Notes: generated by a model from the sequence alone, not told the origin. DNA of 33,185 bases from Chloroflexota bacterium (GCA_023489405.1 JAMDCW010000050.1:6818-40002), one strand, 5' to 3'; counted from the first letter of the stretch, positions 17,428-27,380 are shown. Numbers and translations: made by a program.

Positions 17428-18168
17428 TTAGCCTTGGGGCAAGTGCGGTTTTGTTGATAGGACAACATTGGTTAGACGTGGCACCGCCGATCGACCCGCC
17501 AGCAGAAAGCCACAGAATAGGACACTCCAGCCAGCGAGCATTGTGAACCAGAAGCTGCTCGCTGCGAATAGGCGAGCTGAAGTCCCGGCGGAGGCTACAA
17601 TCAAGGCTCCAGCAGCAATGGTGAAGTTCGCCCGCGCTTGAGAACGGAGATCAGCGCGGCGAAATGCTCGAACACCGGAAATAATGGCAACACCGATCAG
17701 GCAAATAGTGCCGAATGTATTATTGATGATGAGCAGCCAGATCATCAGACCGAACGGGAAAACGTGAGTTCCCGCTCCAGTTGCCCTGAGGAGCGCGTAC
17801 TGGTCATATGGGGCAGTCATCACAGCAATTGTTGTGATCACGGATAATAAGACGAGCACGGAGACGAGTGGACGAAGTGGACGTCGGGAGTAGAGGAATA
17901 GACTCCCTAGGCCCAGGTAGGTGACATTTAGGGCAGCGCCAAAGAGGTAGTACATTCGGAAGAGGAAGATCGGTCGACCAAAGATGAGGAAGCCTACGTA
18001 TGCAGCAGCGGCAAGGCAAGCCATAGTGAGGGCAATAGCCCAAGAGAGCTGGTAGGAGCGATGCCGAAGTTGCCAGTCCTGCCAGACGCGTGTGGCAAAG
18101 ATGCCGCAAAGGATGCAGACGGCTGAGGCAGCAAGACGCTCCACGGACGCTCTCTTTTCCCCTACCAT
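17428..18168 (-). CDS. Hypothetical integral membrane protein (~7 TM)
   Basis: Seven hydrophobic segments, with WAIAL, FRMYYLFGA and LGLGSLFL. No soluble domain. Confidence 0.75.
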   Translation of the reverse strand: MVGEKRASVERLAASAVCILCGIFATRVWQDWQLRHRSYQLSWAIALTMACLAAAAYVGFLIFGRPIFLFRMYYLFGAALNVTYLGLGSLFLYSRRPLRPLVSVLVLLSVITTIAVMTAPYDQYALLRATGAGTHVFPFGLMIWLLIINNTFGTICLIGVAIISGVRAFRRADLRSQARANFTIAAGALIVASAGTSARLFAASSFWFTMLAGWSVLFCGFLLAGRSAVPRLTNVVLSTKPHLPQG

Positions 18169-18254
18169 GGATGGCTATATGGCTATATTGTAGCGCGTAC
18201 CACGGATAACAGAGGGGAAGATAAGATCAGCAGTGTTTCATCTGAGAGGTACTT

Positions 18255-18284
18255 TTTACGGCTTATAGACACTAGTGCTATCCT
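18255..18284 (+). promoter_or_regulatory. Putative extended -10 promoter for pdhAB
   Basis: TG-C-TATCCT (18276-18284) with a weak TTTACG -35 element 18 bp upstream of the hexamer. Confidence 0.3.
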
Positions 18285-18328
18285 AATGAGAAGAATGACG
18301 CGGAAACTAGTAGGCGGAGTTGACAGTT

Positions 18329-19342
18329 ATGGTAGAGCAATCTACGCGGGCTACCGATAGACCGCTTCCTCTTCCGCGAGCAAATCTCCTGCACCTCCTT
18401 GAACAGATGGTCCTGATCCGCCGTTTTGAAGAGAAGACGATGGAGATGCTCGCACTTAATCGAATTCGCGGATATTGCCATTGGAATATCGGGGAAGAGG
18501 CAAGCGTTGTGGGAGCAGTGACTGCTTTGACAGAGAACGACCGCCTCATCACTTCTTATCGTGATCACGGGTTTGCTATTGCCCGTGGTACTCCGCCCGA
18601 GACAGTCATGGCAGAGCTATTTGGTAAAGAAGGTGGCTGTGCTGGTGGTCGCGGTGGATCTATGCATATGGTAGATATAGCCCGTGGCTACTTCGGAGGG
18701 TATGGCATTGTTGCCGGACACCTTCCGCTGGCCGCGGGGCTTGCTCTTGCTGCCGATTATCTTGGTGAAGATCGAGCTGTGCTATGTGCTTTTGGAGATG
18801 GTGCGACGAACATCGGTGCTTTCCATGAATCACTCAATCTCTCCAAGCTCTGGCACCTTCCTGTAGTTTGGCTGATTACGAATAATCAGTATGGGATGGG
18901 GACTTCTGTCCACCGTGCTTCAGCGGAAGCAGAGCTATACAAGCGAGCATGCGCCTACGAGATGTACTCGGAGCAAGTAGACGGCATGGATGTGCTCAGC
19001 GTCTACGAGGCTACCGAGCGGCTGCTGCGGCGAGCACGAGAAGATCGAGAACCGAGCTTGCTGGAAACACTGACGTATCGCTACCCTGGGCACTCATATG
19101 CTGATGCCGGAAAATCTTACCGCACAAAGGAAGAAATCGAGCGATGGCATCAACGCGACCCGATTCGCTTGTTCCAGCGATATCTCGAGGAACACGGTAT
19201 CTTGAACCAAGGCGAGTATGACCTCGTTGAACGACGAGTATCTCAAAAGATTGAGGAAGCAGTAAAGTTCGCTGAGGAGAGCCCTTTCCCATCTCCAGAT
19301 ACCCTATTCAAATATCTGTATGCAGAAGAAGGTACAAAATAG
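18329..19342 (+). CDS. pdhA: Pyruvate (2-oxoacid) dehydrogenase E1 alpha subunit
   Basis: IRRFEE, GYCH..IGEEA, YRDHG, GRGGSMH, TPP motif GDGA...NNQYGMGT, and TYRYPGHS. Confidence 0.9.
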   Translation: MVEQSTRATDRPLPLPRANLLHLLEQMVLIRRFEEKTMEMLALNRIRGYCHWNIGEEASVVGAVTALTENDRLITSYRDHGFAIARGTPPETVMAELFGKEGGCAGGRGGSMHMVDIARGYFGGYGIVAGHLPLAAGLALAADYLGEDRAVLCAFGDGATNIGAFHESLNLSKLWHLPVVWLITNNQYGMGTSVHRASAEAELYKRACAYEMYSEQVDGMDVLSVYEATERLLRRAREDREPSLLETLTYRYPGHSYADAGKSYRTKEEIERWHQRDPIRLFQRYLEEHGILNQGEYDLVERRVSQKIEEAVKFAEESPFPSPDTLFKYLYAEEGTK

Positions 19343-19344
19343 GC

Positions 19345-20328
19345 ATGGCTGAAGGGACATACCGGCAGGCTTTGCAACAGGCTCTGCGCGAAGAGCTTAT
19401 ACGAGATGAACGTGTCTTCCTCATGGGTGAAGAGATCGGCCTTTTTGGGGGTTCATATAAGATTACCGATGGTCTCCTCCAAGAGTTTGGTGAAAAGCGT
19501 GTCCGAGACACGCCAATCTCCGAAGAAGGATTTCTAGGAGCAGGTATTGGCGCTGCAATGGGTGGCCTGCGTCCAGTAGTGGAAATTATGACAATCAACT
19601 TTATTCTAATCGCTATGGACCAGATCGTTAATAATGCGGCGAAGATTCGTTACATGTTTGGAGGGGCTATTGGGGTACCGATGGTCATCCGCACCCCTGG
19701 TGGAGCTGGCGTTGGCCTCACGGCTCAGCACTCCCAGAGCCTTGAAGTCTGGTTTGCTAGTACGCCTGGTTTGATCGTCGTGGCTCCGTCTACTCCTGCT
19801 GATGCTAAGGGACTGCTCAAAGCGAGTATCCGGAGTAATGACCCCGTACTATTCTACGAACACCTCATGCTGTACAACGACAAGGGTGAGATTCCGGATG
19901 AGGATTATGTTGTCCCGATTGGGAAAGCTGAGATTAGGCGGCCGGGGAAAGATCTCACAATGATTTCCCATTCGCTCATGACCCAGCGAAGTCTGAAAGC
20001 CGCTGAAGAGCTTGAGCGCAATCATGGGATCTCCGCAGAGGTGGTCGATCTGCGCAGCCTACGTCCCCTCGACTTTGATACCATAGCGGCGTCTGTACGC
20101 AAAACAAACCATGTACTGTGTATTGAGGAAGGCTGGCTAAGCTACGGAATAGGAGCAGAGATTGCAGCACGTGTAGCTGATGAGTGCTTTGACTGGCTCG
20201 ATGCTCCAGTAAAACGGATCGGCGGTGCCGAAGTGCCCATGCCTTATTCTAAACCCCTGGAGAGTGCGGCGATGCCAAGCCACGAGCGCATCCTCGAGGC
20301 GGCAATACGAGCGCGCCGCGGATCATAG
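19345..20328 (+). CDS. pdhB: Pyruvate (2-oxoacid) dehydrogenase E1 beta subunit
   Basis: MGEEIG, RVRDTPISE, LRPVVEIMT, AQHSQSLE, DLRSLRPLD and LDAPVKRI motifs. Confidence 0.92.
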   Translation: MAEGTYRQALQQALREELIRDERVFLMGEEIGLFGGSYKITDGLLQEFGEKRVRDTPISEEGFLGAGIGAAMGGLRPVVEIMTINFILIAMDQIVNNAAKIRYMFGGAIGVPMVIRTPGGAGVGLTAQHSQSLEVWFASTPGLIVVAPSTPADAKGLLKASIRSNDPVLFYEHLMLYNDKGEIPDEDYVVPIGKAEIRRPGKDLTMISHSLMTQRSLKAAEELERNHGISAEVVDLRSLRPLDFDTIAASVRKTNHVLCIEEGWLSYGIGAEIAARVADECFDWLDAPVKRIGGAEVPMPYSKPLESAAMPSHERILEAAIRARRGS

Positions 20329-20424
20329 CGCCTCTTACGAGTTCCCGCCTGATTGGCCAAGGCGGTAGCGGTTGCCTAGCTCTTGCGAGTACCCCTGAAC
20401 GTATCGCTCTTAAGTCGAAAGATC

Positions 20425-21894
20425 CTACAACGTTGTCGCTGGCAGCTTGGCCTGCGACTGGTGCCGATCGGTAATTGGGAATGGGTATCCTTGGCGTGCG
20501 AGACAACCATAACAAAATTGACGATGAAGCGCTGCTTCAGGGTGATCTAGATCAGTAAGCGCTCCAGTAGCTCGCGCCAATCCTTCTAAGCTAAGATAGC
20601 CCAAACTCGTTGCATTAATGTACTCTGCGATTTGATCAACGCTGTGGTTACTGGCGATAAGCTCTGTTTCTGTAGGTATATCAATACCGAAGTAACAGGG
20701 GTGTTTGAGTGGTGGCGAGCCAATGCGTACGTGAACCTCTTTGGCGCCAAGTCGCCGTAATGAGCGAATGAGGATAGAGGGCGTGTTGCCGCGGACTATG
20801 GAATCGTCTACGACGACAAGCCGTTTCCCCTCGACCTTACTTCTGACGATATTGAACTTGAGGTCCACTTCTAACTGCCGCAGCCGTTGATCAGGCTTGA
20901 TGAACGACCTATCAGCATAACGACTTGCAATAATTGGCTCCGCGTATGGTAAGCCACTCTCTTCGGCATACCCTAAGGCAATCGGAATTGCCGTTTGAGG
21001 TATTGGCACCACGAGATCAGCATCCGCTGGATATTCACGAGCAAGCTGCCGGCCAAGTTCTTCGCGTACGCTGTAAACGTTTTGGCCACGTAGTTGACTT
21101 GTTGCATCACTGAAGTAGATATATTCGAAGATGCAGAGCGCCGAGTGCGACCGGTTGCCGATAGAAGAGAGAGAAACACGGCCCGAAGAATCGATGCGTA
21201 CGACTTCTCCAGGATTAATCTCACGCTCAAACGTGGCCCCTACACGATCGAGCGCGCAGGTTTCGGAGGCTAGCATCCACCCCGCACCTAATCTTCCCAG
21301 ACATAGTGGGCGCATACCATAAGGGTCACGAACGCCATACAGACAGCCGTCTGCCAGAAGCACGAGAGAGTATGCACCACGTAGGCGGTGTGCTACGTGC
21401 CGGATCCGCTGTTCCATCGGTAGCCCTACTTGTTCGAGCAGCAGAGCAGCGATGACCTCGCTGTCAGTTTCTGATCTCAAAGGTATCTGCTTGACCTCGT
21501 GGCGCAAGCTAGCAACGTTCATCACATTACCGTTGTGGGCTAGCGCCAGCGAATCGTACAGGAGCCGGCAATGGGAACGGAGCACGAAGGGAGCGGCATT
21601 CTCTACCGCACTTGAACCGCTCGTTGAGTAGCGAACGTGACCTATGCCAAAGTGTACTTGAGAAGATGAATGCGCTCCGTGAGGAAACACATCACGTACT
21701 CGTCCCATTCCCGTATGTGCATCGATGTCCCCGTCCGGGAGGAGCAGAGCGATGCCGGCACTTTCTTGGCCTCGGTGCTGTAGAGCATTGAGCGCAATAA
21801 CGAGATACTGCGCGATGTCGATCTGGCCAGTGGGGTCGAAAACGCCTGCGATTCCGCAATGATCTCTTAGGACATCTTCTTCGACCGAACGCAC
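20425..21894 (-). CDS. purF: Amidophosphoribosyltransferase
   Basis: Propeptide then CGIAG, LQHRGQESAGI, GHVRYST, HNGN, CIFEYIYF, VDDSIVRGNT, PCYFGID and CYGC (Fe-S type) motifs. Confidence 0.95.
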   Translation of the reverse strand: MRSVEEDVLRDHCGIAGVFDPTGQIDIAQYLVIALNALQHRGQESAGIALLLPDGDIDAHTGMGRVRDVFPHGAHSSSQVHFGIGHVRYSTSGSSAVENAAPFVLRSHCRLLYDSLALAHNGNVMNVASLRHEVKQIPLRSETDSEVIAALLLEQVGLPMEQRIRHVAHRLRGAYSLVLLADGCLYGVRDPYGMRPLCLGRLGAGWMLASETCALDRVGATFEREINPGEVVRIDSSGRVSLSSIGNRSHSALCIFEYIYFSDATSQLRGQNVYSVREELGRQLAREYPADADLVVPIPQTAIPIALGYAEESGLPYAEPIIASRYADRSFIKPDQRLRQLEVDLKFNIVRSKVEGKRLVVVDDSIVRGNTPSILIRSLRRLGAKEVHVRIGSPPLKHPCYFGIDIPTETELIASNHSVDQIAEYINATSLGYLSLEGLARATGALTDLDHPEAALHRQFCYGCLARQGYPFPITDRHQSQAKLPATTL

Positions 21895-21996
21895 CTTTTT
21901 CTCCCTTGACCAGTATACACTAGGCCAGGTAGCCCTGCTTACTGATCCTGAACGTGAACGATGTTTGCACCGATGGTACGGATGTCGGCGATATAC

Positions 21997-22233
21997 TATA
22001 ATGGCGTAGCTTACTGGTTGGATAGTAAGGGGTGGAGATAGAGGGTATCGCTATTCTGATGCCACAATTGCTCTCCTTGCGGAATTGATAACGAGGAAGG
22101 AACAAGCCTACCTGCACTATTGTCGTCATGGGAAATACGACAAGCCCTAAGAAGGGGGGTGAACGACTGTGAGGCTGCGTATGGAGCGCACATGGTGGCG
22201 CTCGAATCCTGCCCTTGAGGGTAGGAGCGCACC
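21997..22233 (+). promoter_or_regulatory. Putative -10 box and long structured 5' leader of the RND operon
   Basis: TATAAT at 21997-22002. Hairpins at 22010-22029, 22120-22143, 22184-22203 and 22207-22226; the last occludes the SD. Confidence 0.4.
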
Positions 22234-25200
22234 ATGTGGCTAACGCGCTATGCGCTGCGTAATCCTATTGCCGTCGCTGTCATTTGTCTCCTTTTGGTTG
22301 TGATCGGAATCTATGCCTACTTTACCCTCGGGATTAGTCTTATTCCGAACGTTACTTTCCCTGGGGTCACCGTCGTAACAACTCTTCCAGGAGCGGACCC
22401 GCAAACGATCGAGACACAAATTACCAAGCCTATTGAAGATGCTATTGCGCAACTGAGCAATGTCGACACTATTACTTCGACTTCTTCAGAAGGGAGAAGT
22501 GTTGTCAATGTCCAGTTCACGTCATCGGCGAATGTTGATCTTGCTCCGATTAATGTCGAACGCGCGGTTAACTCTGTGCAGAATCAGTTCCCTGCAGGAA
22601 CAAACGCTCCGAGCATTCAACAGTTCAATTCGAGTGCCATTCCAGTCGAAGTCATAACATTGTCAGGCCCCCAATCAGCGAATGAGTTACAACAGCTTGC
22701 AACGAACCGCCTCCAGCGACCATTTCAAGCCCTACCAGGAGTACAAAGCGTGCAAGTTGTTGGTGGCTCCGCACGGGAAATCCACGTAGAAGTCAATGTC
22801 AACAAGCTGGTAGGGTATCAGATCGGCCTCAATCAGATTCAAACGGCTATCGCCTCGTCGGAATTGCAACAGTCAGCCGGCATACTTCCTAGTGGCCGGA
22901 TGGATACATCGGTGGTGTTCGATGCCTTATCGGCGACGCCTCAACAACTGAAGAATATTGTTGTTAGTTCTACTTCCCGTGGAAACGTGAGGCTTGGTGA
23001 GCTTGCGACGATTAGTGATGGCTTCAAGAAGGATACATCTTTTTTTAGAGTTGACGGAAAGTCAGCTATAGCTCTCATTGTAAGGAAGCTCTCCTCCGCT
23101 AATACGCTCGTGGTAAGCCATGAGGTTGACCGGGAAATCAAGCTTCTAGCTCCTTCGTTGCCTGCTGGGACTAAGCTAAGTGTGGTTTTCAGCCTAGCTG
23201 ACTATACCCAGCAGTCCTTCAATACTGTACAGCATACACTTATTGAAGCGATCATCTCTACAGGACTTATTCTCCTGATTTTTCTTCATACATGGCGTAG
23301 TACGCTCATTGTGCTTGTAGCTATTCCCACATCGCTGCTGACTGCTATAGCAGTAACTTTCTTCCTTCACTATGACCTCAATCTTTTTACGATGCTGGCA
23401 TTGACCCTGAGTGTTGGTATCCTCGTTGATGATAGTATCGTTATTCTTGAAAATATTTATCGCCATCTCTTTTTACGGGAATTGCCGGTTTTTGCCGCAA
23501 TAAATGGCCGTAGTGAAATAGGTTTTGCTGCTATTACTATTACGTTTGTTGATGTGGTAGTCTATGCTCCTATTGCTTTCATTCCCAATGTTGCCGGTCA
23601 GATCCTTGGCCCTTTCGCTTTAGTAATCGCTAGTGCGACATTGACCTCACTATTGGTCTCATTTACCCTCACACCTTTACTGGCCAGCCGTATCTTAACT
23701 CCCGAGGTAGCGTTGCAAGAAGGAAGCGGCTACCTTGCCCGTTTTGGACGTAAGTGGAATCACGGTTTCGCACAGCTCACAGCATTGTACAGTCGTACCC
23801 TGGATTGGACACTAACCGGATACTGGGTGAAATTTGGTCCGTTGCGTCTAAGAGCACGCTTCTTAGTCGTGTTAATTGGTGTCTTCACAATCCTTGTTGC
23901 TATTGGTTTCGTTGCCAGTGGCAGCATTGGAGTAGACCTTTTCCCTACCGGTGACCAGAGTGAAGTAGATGCTACACTGACTATGCCACCTACTACAGCG
24001 ACCCGAGAGACTGAGCGTGTCGTAGGACAGATGCTCACCAAAATACATCAGTTCCCAGAAGTGCGTGAGTATTACAGTGATGTCACTAATAATACTGCGC
24101 AATTGACATTCTTACTTGTTCCCATCAATGATCGTAAACGCTCATCTGCTCAGATAGCTGAAAGTATTCGTAAAAATCTGGACCCCCACCTTCCGGGTGA
24201 GCATTTTACTACCAGCCTGCCCAATGCTTTCGCCTTTAGCAGTGGCAGTGGTGGTCAAGATCTCCAAATTGCTATCAGAGGTGATGATCCTACGATCCTG
24301 TCTGAGCTGACTACTCGAGTAGAGCAGACGCTGCGAAATATTCCAGGAGCAGTGGCTATTACCAGTTCATCGGATGTTGTGCAGCCCCAGATGGTCTTCC
24401 ACTATAACCGCGCTGAAGGGAGTGATCTCGGAATTTCCGCTCAGCTTGCCGCCCAGACACTTGCGCTAGCCGTGAATGGCCAGGTAGTGAGTGAGTTCCA
24501 GCAGCCTGGGCGGGCCAATGTCGATATTCGACTCCGTGCAGACCAGGCATTTCGATCATCTCCACCCCGGCTTGTCACGCTGCCACTCTTGTCATCGACG
24601 GGTCAATTCGTTCAGCTAGGACAGGTCGGATCATTCGTTTCGCAAACAGCGCCCTTGAGTATCGACCATTATAATCGCCAGCGCAGCATTACTGTGAGCG
24701 CGTCGGTCGAGGGGCGGCCTGTTGGATCCGTAATCGCGGATGCCAGTACGGCAATCGCCAGAATCCCCGTACCACCAGGCTACTCTATTCAGCTTGGTAG
24801 CCAGTCACAAACCTCTATGACGACCTTCGCCGACCTTGGCAAAGCCCTCCTTATTGGTATCTTGCTGGTGTATATCCTCATGACCTTCCTATTCCGTTCT
24901 TTTACACTGCCGTTTTCTGTGCTTGTTTCCCTACCACTCGCGTCATTCGGTGCTCTTGGTGCTATGGTCCTCACTAAAACGCCATTTACCTTATTTTCTG
25001 CCCTCGGCTTTTTCCTACTGGTGGGCCTCGTAGGTAAAAACGCCATTCTCCTCGTAGATTACACCCATACGCTCAGAAAACGCGGGAGAAGCCGGACCGA
25101 TGCCCTACGAGAGGCTGGACCGATACGGTTGCGCCCTATCGTTATGACGACTACGTCTGTTATTGTGGCGCTCGTTCCAGTAGCGATTGGCATTGAAGCA

Positions 25201-25485
25201 GGGTCAGAACTGTTGAAAGCTTCAGCGATCGTGTTAATCGGCGGGCTGCTTACCTCAACGTTGTTGACACTGGTCTTTGTGCCGGCAATGTATACGTACT
25301 TTGACGATCTTCAGGAGCATCTACTGCATCGTTGGCGGCGGCTTACTTCCCCACGGGAACTTACTGAAGAGGAAAAAGCTTTTCTGTCGGTGAAGCACGA
25401 TGGAACCGCCGTCGCTAACAACGATGGATACGCCCTACCCCAGGCTCACGATGATGAAGTCGCACTGAAAGTACTAGGAGAATGA
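22234..25485 (+). CDS. RND-family efflux transporter permease (AcrB/SwrC-like)
   Basis: PGADPQTIETQITKPIE, proton-relay motifs GILVDDSIVILENI, VGKNAILLVD and RLRPIVMT. 1083 aa with 12-TM architecture. Confidence 0.95.
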   Translation: MWLTRYALRNPIAVAVICLLLVVIGIYAYFTLGISLIPNVTFPGVTVVTTLPGADPQTIETQITKPIEDAIAQLSNVDTITSTSSEGRSVVNVQFTSSANVDLAPINVERAVNSVQNQFPAGTNAPSIQQFNSSAIPVEVITLSGPQSANELQQLATNRLQRPFQALPGVQSVQVVGGSAREIHVEVNVNKLVGYQIGLNQIQTAIASSELQQSAGILPSGRMDTSVVFDALSATPQQLKNIVVSSTSRGNVRLGELATISDGFKKDTSFFRVDGKSAIALIVRKLSSANTLVVSHEVDREIKLLAPSLPAGTKLSVVFSLADYTQQSFNTVQHTLIEAIISTGLILLIFLHTWRSTLIVLVAIPTSLLTAIAVTFFLHYDLNLFTMLALTLSVGILVDDSIVILENIYRHLFLRELPVFAAINGRSEIGFAAITITFVDVVVYAPIAFIPNVAGQILGPFALVIASATLTSLLVSFTLTPLLASRILTPEVALQEGSGYLARFGRKWNHGFAQLTALYSRTLDWTLTGYWVKFGPLRLRARFLVVLIGVFTILVAIGFVASGSIGVDLFPTGDQSEVDATLTMPPTTATRETERVVGQMLTKIHQFPEVREYYSDVTNNTAQLTFLLVPINDRKRSSAQIAESIRKNLDPHLPGEHFTTSLPNAFAFSSGSGGQDLQIAIRGDDPTILSELTTRVEQTLRNIPGAVAITSSSDVVQPQMVFHYNRAEGSDLGISAQLAAQTLALAVNGQVVSEFQQPGRANVDIRLRADQAFRSSPPRLVTLPLLSSTGQFVQLGQVGSFVSQTAPLSIDHYNRQRSITVSASVEGRPVGSVIADASTAIARIPVPPGYSIQLGSQSQTSMTTFADLGKALLIGILLVYILMTFLFRSFTLPFSVLVSLPLASFGALGAMVLTKTPFTLFSALGFFLLVGLVGKNAILLVDYTHTLRKRGRSRTDALREAGPIRLRPIVMTTTSVIVALVPVAIGIEAGSELLKASAIVLIGGLLTSTLLTLVFVPAMYTYFDDLQEHLLHRWRRLTSPRELTEEEKAFLSVKHDGTAVANNDGYALPQAHDDEVALKVLGE

Positions 25486-27362
25486 AGAGAATAAGCGCTC
25501 CGTGGAGACTGTTTTCGGTTGCTGGTTTGGTCGTGATAGTACTGACAAGCTGCGCTACCCAGGCTACGCCTGCCGTCAAGACTCCCGCAACGCTGGTGCA
25601 AGTTGCTCCAGTACAGCGAACAACGATTGTTGCCACCTATAGCTTTACAGGCTCTGTCGTGCCACTATCATCGGTTAATGTTCAGCCTCGCCAGGGCGGT
25701 CGGATCATCACAATGTCAGTGTCGGTTGGGCAAACTGTTCATACCGGCCAAGTTTTAGCAGAGCTCGACCATACCCAGCAGCTTCTCGCAGTAGAGCAGG
25801 CAAAAGCGGCTCTCGAACAGGCACAGGCAAAGTTAGATGCTCTCAAGGCTGGTCCACGTCCGGAACAGGTAGCTCAAGCGAAGATCGCGGTCGAGATGGC
25901 TAAGTCGAAGCTTCAGGCTATGCTCAATCCGCGCCCAGAGACGATCGCCCAAGCTCAGGCACAGCTCACCATCGCGCAACAAAACGTGCAAGCGCTTCTA
26001 ACAGGACGGCCGCAACAGGTCGCGCAGGCAAAGCTTGCGCTTGATCAAGCAAAACAGCGCCTAGCGACTATCCAAGCAGGTCCACGCCCTGAGGTTGTTG
26101 CTCAGGCCCAAGCTCAACTGACTTCTGCCGAGGCACAGCTTGCTGCGCTGCGCAATGGACCGACTGCTGCTGACTTGGCTCCGTTACAGCAAGCTGTAGA
26201 AGTAGCGAAAAATCAGCTCAACGCTGCCCAGATCTCGCGCGATGCAACCTGTGGCCAGGTAGGAAAACCTGCGGGATTTGGTAATGTTGGTACCCAGGCC
26301 GCTTGCAACGCTGCTAATGCGCAGGTCAATGCCGCTCAATCAGCAGTCAATGAAGCACAGGCGGCTCTGGCAAAAGCGGAACAGTCCCCAAGCAGTACTG
26401 ATCTCCAACGAGCGCAGGCAGCGGTAAAAGCGGCTGAAGCTGCTCTTCAGCAAGCTGAACATCCGTATACAGCTCAAGACTTCATACAAGCGCAAGATGC
26501 TGTCAGCACTGCAGAACAGCAACTGGCAATTGCTGAGCAACCTGGATCTGCAGAAGATATCGCAAAAGCGCGAGCAGTCGTGCAAGAGAACGAAGCAGCT
26601 CTCGCTCTAGCTCAACACCCCGCTTCGGCACAAGACATCCAGCAAGCTAAGCTCGCGGTGCAGAATACAGAACAGCAGCTTGCTCTCACCGAACATCCAT
26701 ATACTGCACAAGATGTCGAACAAGCGCAAGCAGTAGTTGATCAAGCCAGGGCTGCCTACGATCAAGCTGAACAGAACCTGAAAGATATGACAATTACTGC
26801 ACCAATCAGCGGCGTTGTAACACAGAAGAACTTTTCTCGAGGAGCCCTCGTTGTCCCATCGAACACCGTACTTACTATCGCAAGCCCGCAGGACGATATC
26901 GAGATCAATGTTCCAGCGACAGAAATCGCTGGGGTTGCTGTTGGCACGCCTGCGTTGATTGCAGCGAGTGAATCCTCTCCTAGCACAACGGTCTCTGGCA
27001 AGGTTACGTCCGTAGCACCGAGTGCCAATGCCAAGAGCCGGGCATTCCTGATCAAAGTGATGCCGAGCGCAAAATCTGTGCACCTTCTTCCCGGTACTTT
27101 TGCAACGGTCAGCCTGACACCACTGAAGCACACCAATGTTCTTGCTGTCCCGAATGATGCTATCGTCCAGCGACAGGGTAAAGCCGTAATTTTCATCGTC
27201 GAAAATGGCCTTGCTATGCAGACCGCTATCCAGACAGGCATCAGTAACGGAACAGTCACGGAAGTTCTGTCAGGGCTCAAAGTGGGCCAGGAAGTGATTA
27301 CTCAGGGACAAGATACGCTTGTCAATGGCGATCACATCACAGTGGCGGCAGCGGCAGGCTAG
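25482..27362 (+). CDS. RND periplasmic adaptor (membrane fusion) lipoprotein with an extended repeat alpha-hairpin
   Basis: Lipobox LTSC, lipoyl halves (VSVGQTVHTGQVLAELD and ITAPISGVV), LLPGTFA and TEVLSGLKVGQEVI. ATGA overlap with the permease. Confidence 0.9.
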   Translation: MKRISAPWRLFSVAGLVVIVLTSCATQATPAVKTPATLVQVAPVQRTTIVATYSFTGSVVPLSSVNVQPRQGGRIITMSVSVGQTVHTGQVLAELDHTQQLLAVEQAKAALEQAQAKLDALKAGPRPEQVAQAKIAVEMAKSKLQAMLNPRPETIAQAQAQLTIAQQNVQALLTGRPQQVAQAKLALDQAKQRLATIQAGPRPEVVAQAQAQLTSAEAQLAALRNGPTAADLAPLQQAVEVAKNQLNAAQISRDATCGQVGKPAGFGNVGTQAACNAANAQVNAAQSAVNEAQAALAKAEQSPSSTDLQRAQAAVKAAEAALQQAEHPYTAQDFIQAQDAVSTAEQQLAIAEQPGSAEDIAKARAVVQENEAALALAQHPASAQDIQQAKLAVQNTEQQLALTEHPYTAQDVEQAQAVVDQARAAYDQAEQNLKDMTITAPISGVVTQKNFSRGALVVPSNTVLTIASPQDDIEINVPATEIAGVAVGTPALIAASESSPSTTVSGKVTSVAPSANAKSRAFLIKVMPSAKSVHLLPGTFATVSLTPLKHTNVLAVPNDAIVQRQGKAVIFIVENGLAMQTAIQTGISNGTVTEVLSGLKVGQEVITQGQDTLVNGDHITVAAAAG

Positions 27363-27380
27363 AGACAGAGCTGATATCGG

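Noticed and set aside
17382-17468. Extended N-terminus of fni in the ORF track
   Set aside because: Overlaps the upstream gene. The SD and family alignment point to ATG 17381.
18171-18188. ATGGCTAT tandem duplication
   Set aside because: Only two 8-bp copies, which is expected by chance or slippage. No supportable function.
21895-22233. Known riboswitch (purine, ZTP, PRPP, c-di-AMP) upstream of purF or the RND gene
   Set aside because: No consensus aptamer motifs recognised by eye on either strand. A cmscan would be needed to exclude one fully.
25770-26786. CRISPR-like or DNA tandem repeat array
   Set aside because: The periodicity is at the protein level with degenerate codons. There are no identical DNA repeats with spacers.
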